Assembly: GCA_964016885.1 (NCBI GenBank)
Contig: OZ024754.1
Span: 16,430,001-16,494,000 of the forward strand
DNA length: 64,000 nt
Direction of reading: 5' to 3'
Origin: Eledone cirrhosa
Taxonomy: Eukaryota
In this document: piece by piece, positions 15,001-30,000 of the stretch
How positions within the stretch are numbered: position 1 is the first letter of the stretch
Layout of the letters: each line of letters begins with the position of its first letter
Notes under the pieces: generated by a model
The model's database searches: none
Seen by the model: only the letters and a program-made list of their open reading frames with translations
What the model was told of the DNA's origin: nothing
Program-made: the position numbers and the translations under genes

Positions 15001-18000
15001 TTTATAAATGGGTCAGAGAAAATCCTTTCATTAGGTTTCTAACTTGGTCAGAGAAATTCCTTTCTTTAGGTTTATAACTTAGTCAGAGAAAATCCTTTCT
15101 TCAGATTTATAACTAGGTCAGAGAAAATCCTTCTCCAGATTTATCACTTGGTCTGAGAAAATCCTTAATTAGATTCATAACTGGGTCAGAGAACATCCTT
15201 TCTTTAGGTTTATAACTTGATCAGAGAAAATCCTTTCTTTAGGTTTATAACTTTGTCAGAGAAAATCATCTCTTTAGATCTATAACGTGGTCAGAGAAAT
15301 CCCTTTCTTTAGGTTTATAACTTGGTGAGAAATTCCTTTCTTTACGTTTATAATATGGTCAGAGAAAATCCTTTCTCTAGGTTTATAACTCTGTGAGAAA
15401 ATTCTTTATTTAGATTTATAACTCGGTCAGAGAAAATCCATTCTTTACGTTTATAACTTGTTCAGAGAAAATCCTTTCTATAGGTTTATAACTTGGTCAG
15501 AGAAAATCCTTTCTTCAGATTTATCACTTGGTCACAAAAAATCCTTTCTTTAGATTTATAACTTGGTCAGAGAAAATCCTTTCTTCAGATTTATCACTTG
15601 GTCACAGAAAATCCTTTCTTTAGGTTTATAACTCGGTCAGAGAAAATCATTCCTTCAGCTTTATAACCTGATGAGAAAATCCTTTCTTTAGATTTATAAC
15701 TTGGTCAGAGAAAATCCTTTCTTTAGTTTTATAACTTGGTCAGAGAAAATCCTTTCTTTAGATTTGTAACTTGGTCAGAGAAAATCCTTTCTTCAGGTTT
15801 ATAACTTGGTCAGAGAAAATCCTTTCTTTAGGTTTATAACATCGTCAGAGAAAATCCTTTCTTTAGATTTATAAAATGTTGAAAAAAAATCCTTTTTTTA
15901 TATTTATAACTTGGTCATAGAAAATCTTCTCTTTAGGTTTATAACTCTGTGAGAAAATCCTTTCTTTAGATTTATAACTTGGTGAGAGCAAATCCTTTTC
16001 TTTAGGTTTATAACTTCGTCAGAGAAAATCCTTTCTTTAGGTTTATAACTTGGTCAGATAAAATCCTTTCTTTAGACTTATAACTTGGTCAGAGAAAATC
16101 CTTTCTTTAGAATTATAACTTTGTCAGGGAAAATCCTATCTTTAGATTTGTAACTTGGTCAGAGAAAATCCTTTCTTTAGATTTATAACTTGGTCAGAGA
16201 AAATCCTTTCTTTAGATTTATAACTTGGTCAGAGAAAATCCTTTCTTTAGGTTTATAACTTGGTCAGAGAAAATCCTTTCTTTAGATTTATAACTTGGTG
16301 AGAGCAAATCCTTTTCTTTAGGTTTATAACTTCGTCAGAGAAAATCCTTTCTTTAGGTTTATAACTTGGTCAGATAAAATCCTTTCTTTAGGTTTATAAC
16401 TTGGTCAGAGAAAATCCTTTCTTTAGGTTTATAACTTGGTCAGATAAAATCCTTTCTTTCGGGTTATAACTTGGTCAGAGTAATTCCTTTCTTCAGATTT
16501 GTAACTGGGTCAGAGAAAATCCTTTCTTTAGATTTATAACTTTGTCAGAGAAAATCCTTTATTTAGATTTATAACTAGGTCAGAGAAAATCCTTTTCTTA
16601 GATTTATAACTGGGTCAGAGAAAATCCTATCTTTAGATTCATAACTAGGTCAGAGTAAATCCTTTCTTTAGATTTATAACTTGGTCAAAGAAAATCCTTT
16701 CTTTAGACTTATAACTTGGTCAGAGAAAATCCTTTCTTCAGATTTATAACTTCGTCAGAGAAAATCCTTTCTTTAGACTTATAACTTGGTCACAGAAAAT
16801 CCTTTCTTTAGGTTTATAACTCGGCCAGAGAAAATCATTCCTTTAGCTTTATAACCTGATGAGAAAATCCTTTCTTTAGATTTATAACTTGGTCAGAGAA
16901 AATCCTTTCTTTAGGTTTATAACTTGGTCAGAGAAAATACTTTCTTTAGATTTATAACATGGTCAATGAATATCGTTTCTTTAGATTCATAACTTGGTCA
17001 TGGAAAATCTTCTCTTTAGGTTTATAACTCTGTGAGAAAATCCTTTCTATAGGTATATAACTTGGTCAGAGAAAATCCTTTCTTCAGATTTATCACTATG
17101 TCAGAGTAAATCATTTCCTTAGATTCATAAATGGGTCAGAGAAATTCCTTTCTTTAGGTTTATAACTTAGTCAGAGAAAATCCTTTCTTTAGATTTATAA
17201 CTGGGTCAGAGAAAATCCTTTCTTCAGATTTATAACTTGGTCAAAGAAAATCCTTCTCCAGATTTATCACTTGGTCAGAGAAAATCCTTAATTAGATTCA
17301 TAACTGGGTCAGAGAACATCCTTTCTTTAGGTTTATAACTTGATCAGAGAAAATCCTTTCTTTAGGTTTATAACTTTGTCAGAGAAAATCATCTCTTTAG
17401 ATCTATAACGTGGTCAGAGAAATCCCTTTCTTTAGTTTTATAACTTGGTTAGAAATTCCTTTCTTTACGTTTATAATATGGTCAGAGAAAATCCTTTCTT
17501 TAGGTTTATAACTCTGTGAGAAAATTCTTTATTTAGATTTATAACTCGGTCAGAGAAAATCCATTCTTTACGTTTATAACTTGTTCAGAGAAAATCCTTT
17601 CTGTAGGTTTATAACTTGGTCAGAGAAAATCCTTTCTTCAGATTTATCACTTGGTCAGAGTAAATCATTTCTTTAGGTTTATAACTAGGTCAGAGAAAAT
17701 CCTTTACTTAGATTTATAACTGGGTCAGTTAAAATCCTGTCTTTAGATTCATAACTAGGTCAGAGTAAATCCTTTCTTTAGACTTATAACTTGGTCAGAG
17801 TAAATCCTTTCTTTAGACTTATAACTTGGTCAGAGAAAATCCTTTCTTTAGATTTATAACTTGGTTAGAGTAAATCGTTTCTTCAGATTTATAACTTGGT
17901 CACAGAAAATCCTTTCTTTAGGTTTATAACTCGGTCAGAGAAAATCATTCCTTCAGCTTTATAACCTAATGAGAAAATCCTTTCTTTAGATTTATAACTT

Positions 18001-21000
18001 GGTCAGAGAAAATCCTTTCTTTAGTTTTATAACTTGGTCAGAGAAAATCCTTTTTTTAGATTCATAACTTGGTCAGAGAAAATCCTTTCTTCAGGTTTAT
18101 AACTTGGTCAGAGAAAATCCTTTCTTTAGGTTTATAACATCGTCAGAGAAAATCCTTTCTTTAGATTTATAAAATGGTGAAAAAAAATCCTTTTTTTATA
18201 CTTATAACTTGGTCATAGAAAATCTTCTCTTTAGGTTTATAACTCTGTGAGAAAATCCTTTCTATAGGTATATAACTTGGTCAGAGAAAATCCTTTCTTT
18301 AGATTTATAACTTGGTGAGAGCAAATCCTTTTCTTTAGGTTTATAACTTCGTCAGAGAAATTCCTTTCTTTAGGTTTATAACTTGGTCAGATAAAATCCT
18401 TTCTTTAGACTTATAACTTGGTCAGAGAAAATCCTTTCTTTAGGTTTATAACATGGTGAGAGCAAATCCTTTCTTTAGGTTTATAACTTGGTCAGATAAA
18501 ATACTTTCTTAAGGTTTATAACTTGGTCAGAGAAATTCCTTTCTTCAGATTTGTAACTTGGTCAGAGAAAATCCTTTCTTTAGATTTATAACTTTGTCAG
18601 AGAAAATCCTTTATTTAGATTTATAACTGGGTCAGAGAAAATCCTGTCTTTAGATTCACAACTAGGTCAGAGTAAATCCTTTCTTTAGATTTATAACTTG
18701 GTCAAAGAAAATCCTTTCTTTAGACTTATAACTTGGTCAGAGAAAATCCTTTCTTTAGATTTATAACTTGGCCAGAGAAAATCCTTTCTTCAGATTTATA
18801 ACTTAGTCAGAGAAAATCCTTTCTTTAGTTTTATAACTTGGTCAGAGAAAATCATTCCTTTAGCTTTATAACCTGATGAGAAAATCCTTTCATTAGATTT
18901 ATAATTTTGTCACTGAAAATCCTTTCTTTAGTTTTATAACTTGGTCAGAGAAAATCCTTTTTTTAGACTTATAACTTGGTCATAGAAAATCTTCTCTTTA
19001 GGTTTATAACTCTGTGAGAAAATCCTTTCTATAGGTATATAACTTGGTCAGAGAAAATCCTTTCTTCAGATTTATCACTTGGTCAGAGTAAATCATTTCT
19101 TTAGATTTATAAATGTGTCAGAGAAAATCCTTTCATTAGGTTTCTAACTTGGTCAGAGAAATTCCTTTCTTTAGGTTTATAACATAGTCACAGAAAACCC
19201 TTTCTTTAGATTTATAACTGGGTCAGAGAAAATCCTTTCTTCAGATTTATAACTTGGTCAGAGAAAATCCTTCTCCAGATTTATCACTTAGTCAGAGAAA
19301 ATCCTTTCTTTAGGTTTATAACTTTCTCAGAGAAAATCATTTCTTTAGATCTATAACTTGGTCATAGAAAATCCTTTCTTTAGATTTATAACTTGGTCAG
19401 AGAAATCCCTTTCTTTAGGTTTATAACTTGGTGAGAAATTCCTTTCTTTAGATTTATAACTTGTTCAGAGAGAATCCTTTCTTTAGATTTATAAAATGGT
19501 CAGAGAAAATCCATTCTTTAGATTTATAACTTGGTCAGATGAAATCCTTTCTTTAGATTTATAACTAGGTCAGAGAAAATCCTTTACTTAGATTTATAAC
19601 TGGGTCAGTTAAAATCCTGTCTTTAGATTCATAACTAGGTCAGAGTAAATCCTTTCTTTAGTCTTGTAACTTGGTCAGAGAAAATCCTTTCTTTAGATTT
19701 ATAACTTGGTTAGAGTAAATCGTTTCTTCAGATTTATAACTTGGTCACAGAAAATCCTTTCTTTAGGTTTATAACTCGGTCAGAGAAAATCATTCCTTCA
19801 GCTTTATAACCTGATGAGAAAATCCTTTCTTTAGATTTATAACTTGGTCAGAGAAAATCCTTTCTTTAGTTTTATAACTTGGTCAGAGAAAATCCTTTTT
19901 TTAGATTTATAACTTGGTCAGAGAAAATCCTTTCTTCAGGTTTATAACTTGGTCAGAGAAAATCCTTTCTTTAGGTTTATAACATCGTCAGAGAAAATCC
20001 TTTCTTTAGATTTATAAAATGGTGAAAAAAAATCCTTTTTTTATATTTATAACTTGGTCATAGAAAATCTTCTCTTTAGGTTTATAACTCTGTGAGAAAA
20101 TCCTTTCTATAGGTATATAACTTGGTCAGAGAAAATCCTTTCTTTAGATTTATAACTTGGTGAGAGCAAATCCTTTTCTTTAGGTTTATAACTTCGTCAG
20201 AGAAAATCCTTTCTTTAGGTTTATAACTTGGTCAGATAAAATCCTTTCTTTAGACTTATAACTTGGTCAGAGAAAATCCTTTCTTTAGAATTATAACTTT
20301 GTCAGGGAAAATCCTATCTTTAGATTTGTAACTTGGTCAGAGAAAATCCTTTCTTTAGATTTATAACTTGGTCAGAGAAAATCCTTTCTTTAGATTTATA
20401 ACTTGGTCAGAGAAAATCCTTTCTTTAGGTTTATAACTTGGTCAGAGAAAATCCTTTCTTTAGATTTATAACTTGGTGAGAGCAAATCCTTTTCTTTAGG
20501 TTTATAACTTCGTCAGAGAAAATCCTTTCTTTAGGTTTATAACTTGGTCAGATAAAATCCTTTCTTTAGGTTTATAACTTGGTCAGAGAAAATCCTTTCT
20601 TTCGGTTTATAACTTGGTCAGAGTAATTCCTTTCTTCAGATTTGTAACTTGGTCAGAGAAAATCCTTTCTTTAGATTTATAACTTTGTCAGAGAAAATCC
20701 TTTATTTAGATTTATAACTAGGTCAGAGAAAATCCTTTTCTTAGATTTATAACTGGGTCAGAGAAAATCCTATCTTTAGATTCATAACTAGGTCAGAGTA
20801 AATCCTTTCTTTAGATTTATAACTTGGTCAAAGAAAATCCTTTCTTTAGACTTATAACTTGGTCAGAGAAAATCCTTTCTTCAGATTTATAACTTCGTCA
20901 GAGAAAATCCTTTCTTTAGACTTATAACTTGGTCACAGAAAATCCTTTCTTTAGGTTTATAACTCGGCCAGAGAAAATCATTCCTTTAGCTTTATAACCT

Positions 21001-24000
21001 GATGAGAAAATCCTTTCTTTAGATTTATAACTTGGTCAGAGAAAATCCTTTCTTTAGGTTTATAACTTGGTCAGAGAAAATACTTTCTTTAGATTTATAA
21101 CATGGTCAGAGAATATCCTTTCTTTAGATTCATAACTTGGTCATGGAAAATCTTCTCTTTAGGTTTATAACTCTGTGAGAAAATGCTTTCTATAGGTATA
21201 TAACTTGGTCAGAGAATATCCTTTGTTCAGATTTATCACTATGTCAGAGTAAATCATTTCCTTAGATTCATAAATGGGTCAGAGAAATTCCTTTCTTTAG
21301 GTTTATAACTTAGTCAGAGAAAATCCTTTCTTTAGATTTATAACTGGGTCAGAGAAAATCCTTTCTTCAGATTTATAACTTGGTCAAAGAAAATCCATCT
21401 CCAGATTTATCACTTGGTCAGAGAAAATCCTTAATTAGATTCATAACTGGGTCAGAGAAAATCCTTTCTTTAGGTTTATAACTTGATCAGAGAAAATCCT
21501 TCTCCAGATTTACCACTTGGTCAGAGAAAATCCTTAATTAGATTCATAACTTGGTCAGAGGAAATCCTTTCTTTAGGTTTATAACAAGGTGAGAGAAAAT
21601 CATTCCTTTAGCTTTATAACCTGATAAGAAAATCCTTTCTTTAGATTTATAACATGGTCAGAGAATATCCTTTCTTTAGATTCATAACTTGGTCATGGAA
21701 AATCTTCTCTTTAGGTTTATAACTCTGTGAGAAAATCCTTTCTATAGGTATATAACTTGGTCAGAGAAAATCCTTTCTTCAGATTTATCACTATGTCAGA
21801 GTAAATCATTTCTTTAGATTTATAAATGGGTCAGAGAAAATCCTTTCATTAGGTTTCTAACTTGGTCAGAGAAATTCCTTTCTTTAGGTTTATAACTTAG
21901 TCAGAGAAAATCCTTTCTTTAGATTTATAACTGGGTCAGAGAAAATCCTTTCTTCAGATTTATAACTTGGTCAGAGAAAATCCTTCTCCAGATTTATCAC
22001 TTGGTCAGAGAAAATCCTTAATTAGATTCATAACTGGGTCAGAGAACATCCTTTCTTTAGGTTTATAACTTGATCAGAGAAAATCCTTTCTTTAGGTTTA
22101 TAACTTTGTCAGAGAAAATCATCTCTTTAGATCTATAACGTGGTCAGAGAAATCCCTTTCTTTAGGTTTATAACTTGGTGAGAAATTCCTTTCTTTACGT
22201 TTATAATAAGGTCAGAGAAAATCCTTTCTTTAGGTTTATAACTCTGTGAGAAAATCCTTTCTATAGGTATATAACTCGGTCAGAGAAAATCCATTCTTTA
22301 CGTTTATAACTCGTTCAGAGAAAATCCTTTCTATAGGTTTATAACTTGGTCAGAGAAAATCCTTTCTTCAGATTTATCACTTGGTCAGAGTAAATCATTT
22401 CTTTAGGTTTATAACTTCGTCAGAGAAAATCCATTCTTTAGATTTATAACTTGGTCAGAGAAAATCCTTTCTTTAGATTTATAACTAGGTCAGAGAAAAT
22501 CCTTTACTTAGATTTATAACTGGGTCAGTTAAAATCCTGTCTTTAGATTCATAACTAGGTCAGAGTAAATCCTTTCTTTAGACTCATAACTTGGTCAGAG
22601 AAAATCCTTTCTTTAGATTTATAACTTGGTCAGAGAAAATCGTTTCTTCAGATTTATAACTTCGTCAGAGAAAATCCTTTCTTTAGACTTATAACTTGGT
22701 CACAGAAAATCCTTTCTTTAGGTTTATAACTTGGTCAGAGAAAATCATTCCTTTAGCTTTATAACCTGATGAGAAAATCCTTTCTTTAGATTTATAACAT
22801 GGTCAGAGAATATCCTTTCTTTAGATTCATAACTTGGTCATGGAAAATCTTCTCTTTAGGTTTATAACTCTGTGAGAAAATCCTTTCTATAGGTATATAA
22901 CTTGGTCAGAGAAAATCCTTTCTTCAGATTTATCACTATGTCAGAGTAAATCATTTCTTTAGATTTATAAATGGGTCAGAGAAAATCCTTTCATTAGGTT
23001 TCTAACTTGGTCAGAGAAATTCCTTTCTTTAGGTTTATAACTTAGTCAGAGAAAATCCTTTCTTTAGATTTATAACTGGGTCAGAGAAAATCCTTTCTTC
23101 AGATTCATAACTTGGTCAGAGAAAATCCTTCTCCAGATTTATCACTTGGTCAGAGAAAATCCTTAATTAGATTCATAACTGGGTCAGAGAACATCCTTTC
23201 TTTAGGTTTATAACTTGATCAGAGAAAATTCTTTCTTTAGGTTTATAACTTTGTCAGAGAAAATCATCTCTTTAGATCTATAACGTGGTCAGAGAAATCC
23301 CTTTCTTTAGGTTTATAACTTGGTGAGAAATTCCTTTCTTTACGTTTATAATATGGTCAGAGAAAATCCTTTCTTTAGGTTTATAACTCTGTGAGAAAAT
23401 TCTTTATTTAGATTTATAACTCGGTCAGAGAAAATCCATTCTTTACGTTTATAACTCGTTCAGAGAAAATCCTTTCTATAGGTTTATAACTTGGTCAGAG
23501 AAAATCCTTTCTTCAGATTTATCACTTGGTCAGAGTAAATCATTTCTTTAGGTTTATAACTTTGTCAGAGAAAATCCTTTCTTTAGATTTATAAAATGGT
23601 CAGAGAAAATCCATCCTTTAGATTTATAACTTGGTCAGAGAAAATCCTTTCTTTAGATTTATAACTAGGTCAGAGAAAATCCTTTACTTAGATTTATAAC
23701 TGGGTCAGTTAAAATCCTGTCTTTAGATTCATAACTAGGTCAGAGTAAATCCTTTCTTTAGACTTATAACTTGGTCAGAGAAAATCCTTTCTTTAGATTT
23801 ATAACTTGGTCAGAGAAAATCGTTTCTTCAGATTTATAACTTCGTCAGAGAAAATCCTTTCTTTAGACTTATAACTTGGTCACAGAAAATCCTTTCTTTA
23901 GGTTTATAACTCGGTCAGAGAAAATCATTCCTTTAGCTTTATAACCTGATGAGAAAATCCTTTCTTTAGATTTATAACTTGGTCAGAGAATATCCTTTCT

Positions 24001-27000
24001 TTAGGTTTATAACTTGGTCAGAGAAAATCATTCCTTTAGCCTTATAACCTGATGAGAAAATCCTTTCTTTAGATTTATAACATGGTCAGAGAATATCCTT
24101 TCTTTAGATTCATAACTTGGTCATGGAAAATCTTCTCTTTAGGTTTATAACTCTGTGAGAAAATCCTTTCTATAGGTATATAACTTGGTCAGAGAAAATC
24201 CTTTCTTCAGATTTATCACTATGTCAGAGTAAATCATTTCTTTAGATTTATAAATGGGTCAGAAAATCCTTTCATTAGGTTTCTAACTTGGTCAGAGAAA
24301 TTCCTTTCTTTAGGTTTATAACTTAGTCAGAGAAAATCCTTTCTTTAGATTTATAACTGGGTCAGAGAAAATCCTTTCTTCAGATTTATAACTTGGTCAG
24401 AGAAAGTCCTTCTCCAGATTTATCACTTGGTCAGAGAAAATCCTTAATTAGATTTATAACTGGGTCAGAGAACATCCTTTCTTTAGGTTTATAACTTGAT
24501 CAGAGAAAATCCTTTCTTTAGGTTTATAACTTTGTCAGAGAAAATCATCTCTTTAGATCTATAACGTGGTCAGAGAAATCCCTTTCTTTAGGTTTATAAC
24601 TCTGTGAGAAAATTCTTTATTTAGATTTATAACTCGGTCAGAGAAAATCCATTCTTTACGTTTATAACTCGTTCAGAGAAAATCCTTTCTATAGGTTTAT
24701 AACTTGGTCAGAGAAAATCCTTTCTTCAGATTTATCACTTGGTCAGAGTAAATCATTTCTTTAGATTTATAAATGCATCAGAGAAATTCCTTTCATTAGG
24801 TTTCTAACTTGGTCAGAGAAATTCCTTTCTTTAGGTTTATAACTTAGTCAGAGAAAATCCTTTCTTTAGATTTATAACTGGGTCAGAGAAAATCCTTTCT
24901 TCAGATTTATAACTTGGTCAGAGAAAATCCTTCTCCAGATTTATCACTTGGTCAGAGAAAATCCTTAATTAGATTCATAACTGGGTCAGAGAAAATCCTT
25001 TCTTTAGGTTTATAACTTGATCAGAGAAAATCCTTTCTTTAGGTTTATAACTTTGTCAGAGAAAATCATCTCTTTAGATCTATAACTTGGTCAGACAAAA
25101 TCCTTTCTTTAGATTTATAACTTGGTCAGAGAAATCCCTTTCTTTAGGTTTATAACTTGGTGAGAAATTCCTTTCTTTACGTTTATAATATGGTCAGAGA
25201 AAATCCTTTCTGTAGGTTTATAACTCTGTGAGAAAATTCTTTATTTAGATTTATAACATGGTCAGAGAAAATCCATTCTTTACGTTTATAACTTGGTCAG
25301 AGAAAATCCTTTCTATAGGTTTATAACTTGGTCAGAGAAAATCCTTTCTTCAGATTTATCACTTGGTCAGAGTAAATCATTTCTTCAGATTTATAAATGG
25401 GTCAGAGAAAATCCTTTCATTAGGTTTCTAACTTGGTCAGAGAAATTCCTTTCTTTAGGTTTATAACTTAGTCAGAGAAAATCCTTTCTTTAGATTTATA
25501 ACTGGGTCAGAGAAAATCCTTTCTTCAGATTTATAACTTGGTCAGAGAAAATCCTTCTCCAGATTTATCACTTGGTCAGAGAAAATCCTTAATTAGATTC
25601 ATAACTGGGTCAGAGAACATCCTTTCTTTAGGTTTATAACTTGATCAGAGAAAATCCTTTCTTTAGGTTTATAACTTTGTCAGAGAAAATCATCTCTTTA
25701 GATCTATAACGTGGTCAGAGAAATCCCTTTCTTTAGGTTTATAACTCGGTGAGAAATTCCTTTCTTTACGTTTATAATATGGTCAGAGAAAATCCTTTCT
25801 TTAGGTTTATAACTCTGTGAGAAAATCCTTTCTATAGGTATATAACTTGGTCAGAGAAAATCCTTTCTTCAGATTTATCACTATGTCAGAGTAAATCATT
25901 TCTTTAGATTTATAAATGGGTCAGAGAAAATCCTTTCATTAGGTTTCTAACTTGGTCAGAGAAATTCCTTTCTTTAGGTTTATAACTTAGTCAGAGAAAA
26001 TCCTTTCTTTAGATTTATAACTGGGTCAGAGAAAATCCTTTCTTCAGATTTATAACTTGGTCAGAGAAAATCCTTCTCCAGATTTATCACTTGGTCAGAG
26101 AAAATCCTTAATTAGATTCATAACTGGGTCAGAGAACATCCTTTCTTTAGGTTTATAACTTGATCAGAGAAAATCCTTTCTTTAGGTTTATAACTTTGTC
26201 AGAGAAAATCATCTCTTTAGATCTATAACGTGGTCAGAGAAATCCCTTTCTTTAGGTTTATAACTTGGTGAGAAATTCCTTTCTTTACGTTTATAATATG
26301 GTCAGAGAAAATCATTTCCTTAGATTTATAACTCTGTGAGAAAATTCTTTATTTAGATTTATAACTCGGTCAGAGAAAATCCATTCTTTACGTTTATAAC
26401 TCGTTCAGAGAAAATCCTTTCTATAGGTTTATAACTTGGTCAGAGAAAATCCTTTCTTCAGATTTATCACTTGGTCAGAGTAAATCATTTCTTTAGGTTT
26501 ATAACTTCGTCAGAGAAAATCCTTTCTTTAGATTTATAAAATGGTCAGAGAAAATCCATTCTTTAGATTTATAACTTGGTCAGAGAAAATCCTTTCTTTA
26601 GATTTATAACTAGGTCAGAGAAAATCCTTTACTTAGATTTATAACTGGGTCAGTTAAAATCCTGTCTTTAGATTCATAACTAGGTCAGAGTAAATCCTTT
26701 CTTTAGACTTATAACTTGGTCAGAGAAAATCCTTTCTTTAGATTTATAACTTGGTCAGAGAAAATCGTTTCTTCAGATTTATAACTTGGTCACAGAAAAT
26801 CCTTTCTTTACGTTTATAACTCGGTCAGAGAAAATCATTCCTTCAACTTTATAACCTGATGAGAAAATCCTTTCTTTAGATTTATAACTTGGTCAGAGAA
26901 AATCCTTTCTTTAGTTTTATAACTTGGTCAGAGAAAATCCTTTTTTTTGATTTATAACTTGGTCATAGAAAATCTTCTCTTTAGGTTTCTAACTCTGTGA

Positions 27001-30000
27001 GAAAATCCTTTCTATAGTTATATAACTTGGTCAGAGAAAATCCTTTCTTCAGATTTATCACTTGGTCAGAGAAATCCCTTTCTTTAGGTTTATAACTTGG
27101 TGAGAAATTCCTTTCTTTACGTTTATAATATGGTCAGAGAAAATCATCTCTTTAGGTTTATAACTCTGTGAGAAAATTCTTTATTTAGATTTATAACATG
27201 GTCAGAGAAAATCCATTCTTTACGTTTATAACTAGGTCAGAGAAAATCCTTTCTATAGGTTTATAACTTGGTCAGAGAAAATCCTTTCTTCAGATTTATC
27301 ACTTGGTCAGAGTAAATCATTTCTTCAGATTTATAAATGGGCCAGAGAAAATCCTTTCATTAGGTTTCTAACTTGGTCAGAGAAATTCCTTTCTTTAGGT
27401 TTATAACTTGGTCATAGAAAATCCTTTCTTCAGATTTATAACTTGGTCAGAGAAAATCCATCTTCAGATTCATCACTTGGTCAGAGAAAATCCTTTCTTT
27501 AGATTTATAACTTGGTCAGAGAAATCCCTTTCTTTAGGTTTATAACTTGGTTTGAAAATCCTTTCTTTAGATTTATAACTTGTTCAGAGAGAATCCTTTC
27601 TTCAGACTTATAATTTCGTCAGAGAAAATCCTTTATTTAGATTTATAACTTGGTCAGAGAAAATCCTTTTTTCAGGTTTATAACTTGGTCAGAGAAAATC
27701 CTTTCTTTAGTTTTATAACTTGGTCAGAGAAAATCCTTTTTTTAGATTTATAACTTGGTCATAGAAAATCTTCTCTCTAGGTTCATAACTCTGTGAGAAA
27801 ATCCTTTCTATAGGTATATAACTTGGTCAGAGAAAATCCTTTCTTCAGATTTATCACTTGGTCAGAGTAAATCATTTCTTTAGATTTATAAATGGGTCAG
27901 AGAAAATCCTTTCTTTAGGTTTCTAACTTGGTCAGAGAAATTCCTTTCTTTAGGTTTATAACTTAGTCAGAGAAAATCCTTTCTTTAGATTTATAACTGG
28001 GTCAGAGAAAATCCTTTCTTCAGATTTATAACTTGGTCAGAGAAAATCCATCTTCAGATTCATCACTTGGTCAGAGAAAATCCTTTCTTTAGATTTATAA
28101 CTTGGTCAGAGAAATCCCTTTCTTTAGGTTTATAACTTGGTTTGAAAATCCTTTCTTTAGATTTATAACTTGTTCAGAGAGAATCCTTTCTTCAGACTTA
28201 TAATTTCGTCAGAGAAAATCCTTTATTTAGGTTTATAACTTGGTCAGAGAAAATCCTTTTTTCAGGTTTATAACTTGGTCAGAGAAAATCCTTTCTTTAG
28301 TTTTATAACTTGGTCAGAGAAAATCCTTTTTTTAGATTTATAACTTGGTCATAGAAAATCTTCTCTTTAGGTTCATAACTCTGTGCGAAAATCCTTTCTA
28401 TAGGTATATAACTTGGTCAGAGAAAATCCTTTCTTCAGATTTATCACTTGGTCAGAGTAAATCATTTCTTTAGATTTATAAATGGGTCAGAGAAAATCCT
28501 TTCTTTAGGTTTCTAACTTGGTCAGAGAAATTCCTTTCTTTAGGTTTATAACTTAGTCAGAGAAAATCCTTTCTTTAGATTTATAACTGGGTCAGAGAAA
28601 ATCCTTTCTTCAGATTTATAACTTGGTCAGAGAAAATCCTTCTCCAGATTTATCACTTGGTCAGAGAAAATCCTTAATTAGATTCATAACTGGGTCAGAG
28701 AAAATCCTTTCTTTAGGTTTATAACTTGATCAGAGAAAATCCTTTCTTTAGGTTTATAACTTTGTCAGAGAAAATCATCTCTTTAGATCTATAACTTGGT
28801 CAGAGAAAATCCTTTCTTTAGATTTATAACCTGGTCAGAGAAATCCCTTTCTTTAGGTTTATAACTTGGTGAGAAATTCCTTTCTTTACGTTTATAATAT
28901 GGTCAGAGAAAATCCTTTCTGTAGGTTTATAACTCTGTGAAAAAATTCTTTATTTAGATTTATAACTCGGTCAGAGAAAATCCATTCTTTACGTTTATAA
29001 CTTGTTCAGAGAAATTCCTTTCTATAGGTTTATAACTTGGTCAGAGAAAATCCTTTCTTCGGATTTATCACTTGGTCAGAGTAAATCATTTCCTCAGATT
29101 TGTATATGGGTCAGAGAAATCCTTTCATTAGGTTTCTAACTTGGTCAGAGAAATCCTTTCATTAGGTTTCTAACTTGGTCAGAGAAATTCCTTTCTTTAG
29201 GTTTATAACTTGGTCAGAGAAAATCCTTCCTTTAGCTTTATAACCTGGTGAGAAAATCCTTTCTTTAGATTTATAATTTTGTCAGAGAAAATCCTTTCTT
29301 TAGTTTTATAACTTGGTCAGAGAAAATCCTTTTTTTAGATTTATAACTTGGTCATAGAAAATCATCTCTTTAGGTTTATAACTCTGTGAGAAAATTCTTT
29401 ATTTAGATTTATAACATGGTCAGAGAAAATCCATTATTTACGTTTATAACTTGGTCAGAGAAAATCCTTTCTATAGGTTTATAACTTGGTCAGAGAAAAT
29501 CCTTTCTTCGGATTTATCACTTGGTCAGAGTAAATCATTTCCTCAGATTTGTAAATGGGTCAGAGAAATCCTTTCATTAGGTTTCTAACTTGGTCAGAGA
29601 AATTCCTTTCTTTAGGTTTATAACTTGGTCATAGAAAATCCTTTCTTCAGATTTATAACTTGGTCAGAGAAAATCCTTCTTCAGATTTATCACTTGGTCA
29701 GAGAAAATCCTTAATTAGATTCATAACTGGGTCAGAGAAAATCCTTTCTTTAGGTTTATAACTTTGTCAGAGAAAATCATTTCTTCAGATTTATAACTTG
29801 GTCAGAGAAAATCCTTTCTTTAGATTTATAACTTGGTCAGAGAAATCCCTTTCTTTAGGTTTATAACTTGGTGAGAAATTCCTTTCTTTACGTTTATAAC
29901 ATGGTCAGAGAAAATACTTTCTTTATGTTTATAACTTGGTTTGAAAATCCTTTCTTTAGATTTATAACTTGTTCAGAGAGAATCATTTCTTCAGATTTAT

